The translations under genes were made by a program, and so were the position numbers. Under the pieces are notes generated by a model. The model did no database searches. It was not told where the DNA came from and saw only the letters and a program-made list of their open reading frames with translations. Positions 27,338-40,614 of a DNA stretch of 64,000 nt are shown here, one piece after another. The stretch's first letter is position 1. Every line of letters begins with the position of its first letter. The stretch comes from Seison nebaliae (taxonomy: Eukaryota): the NCBI GenBank assembly GCA_023231475.1, contig JALJEE010000927.1:62001-126000 (forward strand). Direction: 5' to 3'.

Positions 27338-28275
27338 TCAATTAACGAGCGGTTCAGCTTTTTCCTTAAGATGTCTTCCCGATGTCTTCTTTTGTAATGG
27401 GTTTAAAGCTGTTGATGTATCTTTTATAGCCGCTGTACTGTGGAGGTCTATTAAAAGAAAGAAGAGTGATTACAAAGTATTGATAATTTCTTCGTATTGG
27501 GCAAATATTGATAGCACATTATTAACGATTATTAATTGTGATATTTAATTTGATAATTCTATTGACTATCTAATAGTAATTATATATAACTAACTCTTTC
27601 TTCTATAAGATGCAAGAAGGTAATAAGCTATAATCAAGGCAGTGCAAAGCAGAATTACCGCAACGGCTATTGTTATGATGGCGCTCATATATGATGGTTT
27701 TTCTAAAGGATTGCTATAACTAATAGTGATTTTTGTACCCCCTTTTTTCATATGAAAAGATTAGTCTTAATTATTATTAAATATAACTTGATTCTATAAA
27801 GACTGAAGATGGTTCTAAAGACGTGAACATATCAGCAATACCTCTTTCGTTTATTATTGTCTTTGGATCTTTGAAAAATATTTCGGCTATATCTGTGGGG
27901 AGTTCACTCATCGAAAAACGTATAATGTAGTGTACGAAATATCCATGCTTTTCAAATACGGTGACGTTAAATTCTCCATCATCTATATCAATTCCCAGTA
28001 ATCGTTGGAAAGTTGTTTTTGTCACATTAATTACCTAAATCTGGTTAATAGTAGTGGTAAAAAATGGTTAACTAAATCATTGGCATCAGTCATATCGGCA
28101 TTTCCAAAGTTTAAAGTTTGTTCTATTCGAACATCAGATTTCATAGTTAAACCTTCCATTGCTGATTCCTCCGAAGCCAATACCAATGTTATTACAGTAT
28201 GAAAGCAAACAAATAATAAATCTGTTTCTCATTGAATTAAGGAAGGGTTGAGAAGAAAAGTTCCTAACTTTTCAT
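27338..28275 (-). CDS. Orphan type I single-pass membrane protein (~219 aa)
   Basis: Five exons (introns 28268-28222, 28072-28035, 27787-27742, 27594-27448) give signal peptide MKNLLFVCFHTVITLVLA, an ectodomain, TM AIITIAVAVILLCTALIIAYYLLA, stop-transfer YRRK and a short tail. Confidence 0.75.
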
Positions 28276-28517
28276 GGTATGGAAAACTAATTGTGATAAA
28301 GAAAAAAGAATTAAATCGAAAAAATATAAAAATGATTCTTGTTCAACTGAATGTTGAATTTAAAATTTTTCCCTTTATATCTGATTCTTTTTCCTGCCTC
28401 ATATTAAACAATTCAACTACTACAATAATTGAAAAGTGAAATGATAATTTGTCTCTCCTGAACCTTAATACTACTCTCTCTTTCACACTATTTTTTGAAA
28501 AAAAAAACTTTTTCGGC

Positions 28518-29090
28518 ATGTCGAAAGCTAAAAATATTGTTTGTGCTGAAGACGAGAAAATGGAAAATCGCGACGCATCGCAACGGCCTATCTCGCCTAA
28601 CAGTGATACTACCATAGCGATGATAATGGCACTTTGAAATGGCTTCGAGAGAAAACGGTCAAGGAGAAAAAGATGTTCCAAAAAAAAACCACCAAACGGA
28701 ACAGAACGAAGTCGATTGTCTCTGGAGCCAACTCTGAATCTCGAAGAGGGAAAACTCCAACTACGAAGACAATTAATATCTCCTGCAAGGACGCCATCAA
28801 TGATGCTGACGAATTGAAAAAATCAACAAGAGGACGTACCTGTCCTCCAACCGATCCAAAAATCCACGTAGTAGTCTTGTGATCCACCCGTCAGTTCAAG
28901 TTACGTCGACGTTTTAATGGAGAGACTAGAAACTCTTGGTAAAGAGCATACTATCGGGTTGAATCGAATAGCGGAAATCAACCACAAATTACAAAACATG
29001 TTCAATACTGTCAATGGAATGAGAGACGAAATAACCGGACTAAAAAAACAATTAGGAAATAACGAATACGAACAAAGAGCGCAATCTTGA
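28518..29090 (+). pseudogene. Frame-disrupted coding-like segment, possibly a decayed gene or retroelement ORF1/gag
   Basis: Locally higher GC; several overlapping short open frames broken by stops; a coiled-coil-like piece (VLMERLETLGKE...MRDEITGLKK); no clear introns. Confidence 0.3.
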
Positions 29091-29599
29091 GAAAGTGTCG
29101 TCGCGATCTAACACTATCGAGTTATGGCTCGAGTATATTATAATATGAAGTTAAGATGGTAATATGAGATAAATCTCCGACCTAATAATCATTCGGTATT
29201 TTCGCATACCGTTCATTATCACGAGTTATCGCGTGAGATTAAAATTGAGGATTTTAGAGATTTCACTTTTTCCAATGATCCCGCAGTTTCTCCAATCGAT
29301 ATGGATTCTGTCACTGAATTACACCGATTAATCAATATCGGCGAAAATCAAATTTTTTTTTCACTTTTTTCTAATTTATCCCGACGGGAATTTAATCACT
29401 AAATAATAATAATAATACTAGGTATTATTACTGTTATATGTTTCTCATCAGATAGAGAATTGTCGATTAAAATGAAGAAAACTTTGAAATGGACATTAGT
29501 TTTTTGAATGGTGCTGATTTTGTTATTTTATGACAATTGTTATTATTTTTATGATTTCATATTTATTTAATTATTCAATAATATATAATGAAATAATGT

Positions 29600-32500
29600 T
29601 TAATTAAAAATTTCTTTGTCAATTAATTGCCACAAATAATCAACAGTTAAACTTTGTCCTAAATTTGAAAAAATTATAATTTAAAAAATATAAGAGTGAT
29701 GAATAAATTTAACCTTTAGGAATTCCATAATTTCTACATAAACCATCCGGATTGGACGGAGTCCTTATATCATCATTAGTGTCTTTTCTTAAACATCGAT
29801 CGATTTCCACTGAGGAGAAACATGCGATACTCTAATCGATGAAAAGTATAAAAGTTTAAGTTAACAAAATGATTAAACTATCGGTATTTCATTTATTTTC
29901 AATCGTTCAATTAACATACTTCGTGTCAACAAATTGCCTATATTCAATATCATAGCCATTCGATAACTAGATTAGAAGATGATGAGAGAAGAGAGTTCGA
30001 ATTAAAGTGAAACATTGAAGAATTGGGAACGATAAATCGAATCTCATCGTGGATCGATATCATAAAACGATAATCGATTGAGAAATATTTGCAAAGAATT
30101 GAAATGGTTGACAAGAAAACATGAAGGAAATCAACCGCCGAACTTTGTACTGTCCAATTGATTCGACTGTTGAGAAATGCAGATTTCTGTAAATTTCTTC
30201 CTTTCATTCCATCACTAATGGAACTGAATAAAAATGGAGTTCTTGCAGATGTGGCTAATGCAATTCGTTCTAATCTATTGAACATTTCCGATTCAATTCC
30301 ATCCGTCCATTGATTATTAATCTTCTCTCCTTTCGTTCGTAAATATAACAACGATGCTTTTTCTTTCGCTTCCATCATCGAAAAATTCCATTGACGGAAT
30401 TGTTTAACGGCGAATTCTTGAGATGCTCCATAAATTCTTGCATAATTCAATAGTTTTGCTCGATTTCGATCGATATTAACCTCTTTCGCTACTTTCGAAT
30501 GAAGATCAGTTCCATCATTCTTTCTACCACTCAATGACATCCATCCGATAGGAGTGGAACCAACGATAGAGGTGCAACTTCCATCAGCAATAGTTGCTGC
30601 AATCCATAATTCTTGTGCATCGATATCGGCACCAACAAATGAATAAGAGAATGGAGATGAAACTAAAGATTTCAATTCACTTCCAATTCGATTTTGTTGA
30701 GGATTACTCGCCGTTAACCAAGTGGATTCTGTTGCCCGTCTCGTCACCGTTCCATGAACTACTAGTTTTGGTGTAATAAATCCAACTTTCTCATTTGAAT
30801 TAATTTCCTCATCATTCTCTAATTTGTCTGGTATAATACGTTGTGATGATATTCTCTTTTCATTATTTGTCCAATATGATAACAAGACAGCCGATTTACG
30901 TATATCTGATAAAATTGGAGCATCTAAAAGACGATTAATAATTGACGAATTATATTTCATTTTCAAACTACCTAATTCATTCTTATCTTCATATAAACTG
31001 GTTGATAATGGATTTCCAATATTTAAACCAAATCCATTTTGATGTGCCAATTGAACAAAAATTGGCCATTTTCCAATATCATCAATTCCAGTGTTGGGAA
31101 ACCGTTCAAAAACTATATCATTCTTTCTCTTCTTTCTCCATTCAATTCTTCCCCAACCATATTTCGTCAAAAATGCCAATGGACTCTCATTCCACATTAA
31201 TCGTAAAATCTTTGGAACAATCCGATTCTTTATCGTAAAATTCGGTTTAAACCACAAATGAATGGGAGTTGAATAATAGTCGGTCGACGTATCTAAATCT
31301 AATAAATCTACAAACCATTGTGGATAACAGATAGATGAATTATTTATTAATCTTTTCGGAATTAAATATTGTGACTCTTCAATATCATCTTCAATCGAAT
31401 TATCAGAATCTTTTTCCACTTTTTTTCCGAATGAAAAAATTTCATAATATTTTGAATTATTTTCCCTTTCTTTCTTTCTTTTCTTCTTTAATAATTTCAC
31501 AGAGCGTTTACTCCAATCCAGATCGAAGAAATGTTCATCCTTTTCTCGATTCTCCAAAGAAATATTCTTCATCAAATATCGATAAATTATCTTATAAATA
31601 AATTGTTCATAATCATCAGCTGTCTGATAACAAAGATTTACATATTTCCTCCAATTGTCTATATTAACGGGTAAAATACTCGTCGATAATTCCAAAGCAC
31701 CAAACAAAGAAAATGGTGATGGGAAATTTTCTAAATATTTCGGCCAAATTTCCCCAAAAATTTCCTTCGTCATCTTCACATCATTTGCACAATACGACAT
31801 TAAATTCTGTAAGAAAAAAAATATAACAAAATGGTGACGATTTTAACATTATTTATTCATAACTTGGAAATCATTTTTAATATCATCAAATTCTCCTACA
31901 ACGAAAATATTTCTTGTTTGTTTTTTTACTGAACGTTTCGTAACAAAGAAATTGTCGATATAACGAAAGAGAATATTCTTGTCATTCATATTATTCTCCT
32001 TCAGAAACTTTACATGATAATTATAAACATCTTCTAAATTATTTGGCGAGACAAATCTCATCCAATTATTCGATTTATCGAATCTTATGGAATTCATCTT
32101 TAATTTCTTCTCATATTCGTTCATTTCTTCGCTATCCATTATCGATTTAATTCTTGATTTGGCTTGATTATATAATAATCGTTGTTGTGATGTCATTCCA
32201 TTAATGGAGATATGAATACTCATCGTATCTAAAAATCGAATTTTCGAATTCTTAACAAAAGTTCAATTATTCGTAAAAAAGAAACAATTTCAAATTCAAT
32301 TTCAAGAAACTTTCAAATTATAGACGGAAGACAACATTGATCTATCGAATGTAACATTGTGACCGATGATCAATTGTTTCCTTTCTTGTTCGATTCCACC
32401 AATTAAATCTGATTTTGTAATTTGACTCGAAATAGTTTTCCTTCGTTTAAATCGCGGCGATTTCCAACTATACCTTCAAGTATAAATTGTTATCAATTAA

Positions 32501-33104
32501 ATATAATGCATAATAATCATAGAAAAATCATACCAGCAATTCCGACCAAGAGCCGTTGCTAAAATTGGAATATTATTTTCTTTCACTAACGTCTCCACAT
32601 CAATGAAGAAGATATCCTCATTAATGAAATCGATTGAATATGATTCATTGCCAATATATCTATCTAATTGGAAATGGAAATAATAGAATAGAATTTACTT
32701 GTTAAAAAGGAAAACTTTGTCCATCCAATCTCTTCAGACCAAGTTGTTGGAATTATTGGTAATTCATCTTGAGAAATTGCGAATAGATTTGCGGAATGTA
32801 AATAATCAGAAATCTCCTTTTCTATTTCAATTTCATATCGATTAAATAATGATTCTTCACTCCATTGAAACGGCAAAAATTTGAGAAATTTCTCCAATGA
32901 CTTTTCGTCAATCTCATTTGACTCTTCATTCGAAATTAATTTCCATTTTTGAATGTTCTTCAAATTGTTTTTTAAAATTTTTTCATTATCTTTCTGTTCG
33001 TCAATAGAATTATTTAATAAAATTTTTTTTGTCGCATTTTTATCGAATATTTTAATTCCGAAACAATTTTTCACTTTCACAAAACTTTTATAATTCAATT
33101 TCAT
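29600..33104 (-). CDS. POLG: Mitochondrial DNA polymerase gamma catalytic subunit
   Basis: Exo I FIDVET, Exo [12 protein letters not shown], Exo III YCANDV; Pol [15 protein letters not shown], Pol [14 protein letters not shown], Pol [10 protein letters not shown]; seven short introns; ends KEIFN* at 29600. Confidence 0.95.
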
Positions 33105-34155
33105 CGTAACACAGATAACTCGACGAAATATAGAAGTGAAAGAGGAAAAGCTAAACTCAATATTTAAAGTAAATGTTTTTGAAAAACATTCCAATTTCAC
33201 AATTTTAAATTCTCAACTGTTTTTTATCCATATTATTGTAGATTTATTATAATATATAACTTATTCAAAATTTACCGATTATTATGAAAACGTAAGAAAA
33301 GATATTTTATTCTCAAAAAAAGATATATAGGAAGATAAAGGGTAGTTCTTAACATGACAAATGATTGAATGATATTTCTTGGTAATTTTTACATTTCCGT
33401 TGCTGAAGCTCAATTCATATTGTTCCTATTGTTAGAAGATTTTTCATTATTTTTGGAAAAACTTTTTAAAGTAATTCTTACAAAATTTTCTCTAGTCGAA
33501 TATTTGTCGTGTTTTTTTCTGTATTCTCTGTGACATTTCTCACATTCTTCTTCTATTCCAGGGATTCACTCATTTTGCTCAGATACGAAATTTTTTCTGA
33601 TAATGTCCTTATGAATATTTCTGCTAGTTGAAATATTTCATAGTGATTTACTGTCGCGTTTTGGTGTTTTATTCCAACTTCCATAATAGCCATTATAATC
33701 GTTCATAATCGTCACAACGATCACTTAATTTGGTTGAAAGAAGGATTGAAGCTAATGCTGTTATTCTTTAGCTGATCCGAAAGTTTGGTAGATTACTAAG
33801 AATTGTCTTTGTTGATGATCCGAATTTTGTCTGATCGTCATGTTATGTGTCCATTTGATGTTATTAATAAGATGTTAGATTGTCAGAATTGATGAAGTAT
33901 ATGATATGAAATTTAATGAAATGAGATTTAATTCGTCAAGCTAAATGATTGAAAGGTTTTCTATCAAATACTACAATTGTCCATTATTACTCCTTCGATT
34001 CATTATTCAATTGGCATAGCTTGAAATTTTTATTATAAAAGTCCAAAATCTTAACATCTTCTTGTTGTTGACAATAACAATTGTGATGTAATAGTTCATG
34101 TGATACGAGATAAACAAATTGGATTTGAAAATTAGAGAAGCTGAAGAAATTAGAA

Positions 34156-36009
34156 ATGAGAAATTTATTATCAATTTTATTATGTTTCGTTTTTGTCCAA
34201 TCTCTCTGGTGTTTGTTGGATGACCCGAAGAAGAGTGTGGGTGAACCATGGCCATTACCACAAACATATTGGAAAGGAGAAAATAAACTCATAATTTCTC
34301 CCGAACGGTTTCGTGTTCGTCTCTCCGTCGGTTCTTATGAATGTGCTACTTTATTAGATGGGATAAATCGATTATATGGAACTATATTCATTCCAACTGA
34401 TTATGTCCGAAGTAATTATGGATTAGATGGGAAATATTTGAAGAATAAATTAACGAATTATTTTAGTAATATGAAGAATGATGGAAATAATGATGGATCT
34501 GTGGATTTGTTGGAAGTGAATTTAAAGAAAGAATGTGAATACTTACCATCATTAAATATGGATGAATCGTATCAATTGAATGTAAAAGGAAATAGTGGAA
34601 GTTTAAACTCATCATCTATCTGGGGAATATTGAGAGGTTTGATGACATTCTCTCAATTAGTCCATTCCAATTTTACCACTAACGAATTATTAATAAATGA
34701 AGTAACAATTCAAGATTTCCCTCGTTTTCCTCATCGTGGTGTTCTAATTGATACAGCGAGACATTTTCTTAGTATGAAAGTTTTAATGAAAAATATCGAA
34801 GCATTGGCACAATCCAAATTTAATGTATTTCATTGGCATATTGTCGACTCGCAGTCATTTCCTTATTCGAGTCAAACATTCCCCGCATTGAGTGAGAAAG
34901 GAGCATATAATCCAACGACGCACGTTTATTCTCCATATGACGTACAAACAGTGATGGAGCAATGTCGTCTTCGTGGAATTAGATTAGTACCTGAATTTGA
35001 TACACCAGGACATACCGATTCATGGATTGGTGCCACACCAGATTTTCTCACTAAATGTTATAGTGAAGGTAAACCGAATGGGAAATATGGTCCAATAGAT
35101 CCATCGAGAGATGATAATTTCCAATTTCTCAAATCATTTTTCATGGAAATTTATACCATTTTCTTGGATGATTATGTTCATCTGGGTGGAGATGAAGTAT
35201 CTTTTGCATGCTGGTTCTTCACCTTCTTCCTACAATTTTAAATAATTCTTCTTTAGGGAATCTAATCCTGATATTGAAGAATTTATGAAGAAACATTCAT
35301 TCGGAACTGATTATTCGAAATTGGAACAATTCTACATGGAAAAACTCTTATCAATTATTCACAATTTACCAACAACACATGACAATTTCTATATAATTTG
35401 GCAAGATGTGATAGATAATCATGTCGTCGTTAATAATGAAACCATCGTTCAAGTATGGCTAGGTGTCTGGCAGGAAAAATTACGTGAAATTACAGGAAAG
35501 GGATATCGAACATTATTATCATCTCCATGGTATTTAGATCATATTCATTTTGGAACAGATTGGACTGATTATTATAAAGTTGAACCTTTAGCATTTCCAG
35601 GTTAAAATTTTAATTAGTAATTATGACAACTTCATACTATCATAGGTACAAGCGAACAAAAGAAATTAGTTATCGGAGGAGAAGCTTGTTTATGGGGCGA
35701 ATTTGCTGATAATACGAATTTTGTAAGTCGTTTATGGTTTGTGTTGAGTTTATATATTTTTTTCTCATAATTTTGTTAATAGGCCAAGAGCATCTGCAAT
35801 TGCCGAAAGATTATGGAGTTCTAAAGAGACTACAAATTTAGCTGATGCTGAATTAAGATTAAACGAACATCGATGTCGATTAGTTAAGTTAATATTACAT
35901 TTTATTTACAATAATGCAGCAATAACCAATATAATTCGCATTTAGAAATGGTATAGGCGCTGAGACTGTAAGTGGCCCAGGTTTCTGTCAAATTGAATAT
36001 GAAGAATAA
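34156..36009 (+). CDS. Beta-hexosaminidase (GH20), HEXA/HEXB-like
   Basis: Signal peptide; [24 protein letters not shown]; catalytic [29 protein letters not shown]. Introns 35214-35256, 35601-35645, 35737-35782, 35888-35945. Confidence 0.94.
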
Positions 36010-36927
36010 GAATACGGTAGCAACAGAAATCGACATACAATTCCATCAATCGATTAACCTTTCTTCAAATTTTTTTCTTTCTTGGACATTCTTTTCATAT
36101 CTTTTTCTATTTTAAATTATTTAGAGATCTATCGTAATTCGACAATAGCCAAAAGTTAACAATTGAATTTAATAGTTGAAAGAAACTTACAATTTAAATC
36201 GTTAATTTATATCAAATATTTAAACAAACATATTTGTTAACGTAAAAAAATAAATCAAAGAAAATAAATATAATACGAATAAATTCGTAAGTGTTTGATT
36301 CCATAAAATAATGTCCAGGTTTTGAATATGATTTACTCACATTCCAATTACCAAACTTAAATTGATTTCTTATTTACTCTTTGTTAAATAAAATAATTTA
36401 ACGAATAATGACGACCCATATAAAATTAGGAATAATTCATAATGAAAAATTTATATTATACATTTTATAGTATCATATATATAAGAATGTATTGGTCATA
36501 AGCGGCATAGATGCTAATCAAAATGATAACGAAGATTGTTTACATGTAGATGTCAACAAAGAAAAAATGCACAATTTATGCATAATCTTTTTTAATAATA
36601 CTTAGATAACAACAAGAGATGTATAATGGATGTAACACCATATATGTATTACATAATTTACATGTAGTTACAGACAGTTCCGTTAAACAGATGAAATGTG
36701 ATATGTTAAGAAACTGTTAGAAAAAAGAGATCGTGACAAATGATAAATAAGACCAACCATTTATCGGATTAGAAATAAGACAAAATTTAACAGAAATTTT
36801 ACATTGTTAGTTGAGGAATCGGTAGTCGAAAAGTTAAGATAAATACCAAACGAAATAATATATAGGAAGTTTATTTGAAAATTTTCTTTTTTCTAATTCG
36901 TTTCGTTTGGACCAAAATTTCTGTGAC

Positions 36928-39062
36928 ATGATTCTCAAAATTTATCCGTTTATCAAGTTCATTTATTATCGTCCTTCTTAGATTCTTATCAATTTCTAGT
37001 ATTCATTTCTTTTGTTTTTTATGCTTATCATTTTTCAATCAAATAACATCTTTCAATTTCCGACTACGTGATTATGCCAAAAGAACAAATGTGGAACATC
37101 TTCCATTGCATCGAGCTTCTAAAGCGTTAACTCGTTTGTCTGCTAATTGGAAAGGACCTGATTTGGAAGCATTTCGAATTGAACCATTGTGTGACGTAGA
37201 CCTCATATCAAAATGGTTTGATATTATTAAACTGCCATTTAAACTTCCAAAATCAGCAAATCAATTGACCATTGTTAAGTTTTTAAGAATTGTTATTGAA
37301 ATCATATTTGAAATAAATAGACGGCATTAGTTGAAACTTATAATGGTTATAAATTACGTTTCAAGAAAATGACCGATGACAAATGGACGTTCGGTTATAA
37401 AATAGGTTTTCAAAAATATTCTACCGAATTATTAATCGATTGAACAATATTTCCAGTTGCTAACTATAGTGATGAGATTGTCGTTCTATCGAATATCGGC
37501 AAGGCATTCGCTAAATATCCATTGCATTGCCATATAAATTACGACACTACTTATCTATCTAAATCTTCTGGTCACAGTAAAACTCAACAAACTTATTTAA
37601 GTTATTTTTGGAAATTTTTTAAATAAACTCAAAATATTTTTGTTGTTTAGGAGAATTTCCGAAATTATATTATAGTACATTCCATGGATCGTTTTGTCTT
37701 ACCCAATTATCAAAAAATGATTACGATCAAAAACTTCAAAATTTTCCTGATTTGAATTCAACGAAAGGATTTCTAGCATTCTTTTTATTTATACTGCGTC
37801 AAATACAAATTCTACATTTCTCACTAAATGAGAATGCTGTTTACGATACTTTGTTTAGTAGTGAAACTTATGCCAATGCACATAACCATGTTAATATTCA
37901 GAATATGAAAATGACTAAATCGAGACGGTATCTTCATGATGTTCCATTTCTCACCAATGGAGGTAGTAGTATATCGAAATTCTTCAACTCGGAAGAAGAT
38001 GTGTATAGTCATGTCTACAATCAATTATTGAGAAGTGAATTAAAAGCCAATTCGAATTCTCATGTTGGAAAAAATCGATTGTTTAACTATTGGCAAAATA
38101 TGGATTTCTGTAAAAGTTTGATAGTGATCATTGAAGCATTCATTTCAACACCAACACATTATGATGGTGAGAATACGTTTATTTGTAAACGTTTAAGATC
38201 CAATTTACAAAATTTCAAGAAGACACCAATACTACGTCATTTACCTGTAACTACTACAATTAAACAACCCATTTTATTTCCCTTAATTTATTTGTTATTA
38301 GATGGAGTTCAATTCTTTTCTAATTATGAAACTTGGATTCAACTTACTAAATTCTTATCAACAACAGAATATAATTCAGAAATATCAGAAGAATATAAAA
38401 CTCCTCCTCGACCTTCAACAATCGAAAAAGATGATATGCATACACCACCCGATGCTGTTGCTAAAGTCAAATATACCATCTCTTTAAAACGTCTTCAAAA
38501 TCCATATAAGAATAAAAAAAAAGTTATATTAGAGAAATTAAATGATGAAGAAAAAAGTCCGGAACTAAAAGAAAGACCTCCAGTCCATCTCGGAGATAAC
38601 ACACCGATTATTGAACCGAAACCTTATATTAGTAGTGAATCATCAGATTCAAGTGTCGAATTTAAAAGCAACATCAAGAAAAGTCTTTGTAGAAAAAAGA
38701 AGTGTAAAACTGGAACATTAGAAATTCCATTGAAAAACCCTCCAATAAATATTGACTTACAATTGAACGCAATGGAAAAAGATCCATTTGAAGATAGACC
38801 ACATCCATCAGATACATTTAAGAGTCCGGAAAAACATTTAGTAAGAAGGAAAAGTACGAAACGTCAATCAATATTCGAAGAGATCGATTCCGTTCCAGTC
38901 GACAAAATAAGACAAATGGCAAAAAGATTTAAAAATTTAAAAGAAAAGTGCGCAAATTGTCCGCCTCAGGAAAGTTCTTCAGAAGAAAGCTCTTCAGCAG
39001 AAAGTTCATCAGAAAATGAGTTGACACCAAGAACTAGTTCTGCTGATGAAGCATTGAGATAA
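36928..39062 (+). CDS. Orphan, probably secreted protein with charged/Ser-rich C-terminus
   Basis: Four GTT..AG introns link a hydrophobic N-terminus (IHFFCFLCLSFF) through ORF 37091 into the 436-aa ORF 37752 in frame. No recognised domain. Confidence 0.6.
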
Positions 39063-39239
39063 AAGAAAATGCAGTTAAAAAATGTTTTTATTAATTTAAT
39101 ATTTGTCTTAATAAAAAAAAATCGGAAGATATATTTGGAATCAACTTTGTTTTTTTTTAATATGAAATAATTGAAATTATAAGAAATGATTAAATTAATT
39201 GTTAAATGAAGACATGAATATATCGTTTTCAATCTAATC

Positions 39240-39872
39240 TTATTGAGAATAATCACGTTGTACTTTTCCTGGTTCATAATTTCTATCGATCACCGGTTCT
39301 TGTAAGAATATATGCAATGATCTCTCATTCTGTGCAAGTGGATGACCGGCAACTCTATACAAAACAATTTATAATAATTTATCATTTATAATTTCCAATT
39401 AACTTGTTAATGAAATTCTCTAAATCTTTTCTTCTTTTCTCGATAAATTCAGGTTCGAATATTCCGTCGTCACTTCGGAATGGCAATTGTTTCGTCCATG
39501 CTTTCCCAGGTAACGTAGGAACGACAATCTATTAGAAATTGAATGAAACTATCAAAAAAAAAAAACAATTCAAACTTTACTATCACGTTCCAATTCATTT
39601 CGTAACCATTGGAAATCACTATATCGACGTCGGACACTTGAAGATTTCATTCGGAAAATTGGTAAATTCGTCTAACAATTGTAAGAGATAATATGTGGAG
39701 AAGATGAATGAAAAAATAAAACTGTCATTGATACCTCGAAATCGGTATATCGTCGTCCACCAAATCCATGTGTTTCAGGATTCCTCACATCGATCTCTAA
39801 GAAATTAGCAGGAGGTAAATATGCTGTATCAAGATTCTGTTGTTTCTGGTCGATTCGCTTTGTCGATGTCAT
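39240..39872 (-). CDS. SNX3: Sorting nexin 3/12 (PX-only)
   Basis: AYLPPANFLEIDV, RRRYSDFQWLRNELERDSK, VVPTLPGKA, GHPLAQNERSLHIFLQ across four exons. Confidence 0.93.
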
Positions 39873-40614
39873 ATTGCAAATCAGATGATTACGAACGACT
39901 ACGACGACAGAATAAGAAATACTTTTAACATTTTATTAGAATTTTTTAAAGATAATTCCATCACAATCTCGAACGTTATGAGTTGATGAGAAAAGATGAG
40001 TTTAAAGCTTTAATCACAAGGAACGTTCTAGTCGAATTCATCTAATTGATGACTTTGTAAATAGTCTGCCAATTTCTCTTTACATAAACATTAACGAACT
40101 TTGTCCTTTCTCTCTACCTGATACATCATTAAATTGAAGAAACATCGTTCGAATTCATCGTGATAATTTTACAATTTTTTCATCAAGTATTTATATTAAA
40201 ATTAAATATTTCTCTCTGATAATCTCATAGAGTGTCTGAGAAAGATTCTTTTTCCAAAGACAAAATCGGTTTAAACAAATAAAAAATTTATTTTTATTCT
40301 TATTTTTCTGTAGAAAAGAAAAGAATTAGATTAAATTCGTCTAAAAGAAAGAAAAGACATTATCACAAGTGAGACAGGAGAATTATTCATTAATCGACTT
40401 GGCATATCAAATTAAATTGTTAATTATTTGTTTGAAAGAGAAGAATTTAGTTCTCTTCTTCATCTTTACAAAGACGTAAAATTCAAAAGTTAAGCTTAGA
40501 AATAAATTTTATTTTTTCTACCCAAATTTTGTACACCTCAAAAAATATACATTCCATTTATCTTATCAAGAAAATTTAATAATCATATCTTCAATTCATC
40601 AAAACAACTTTCGA

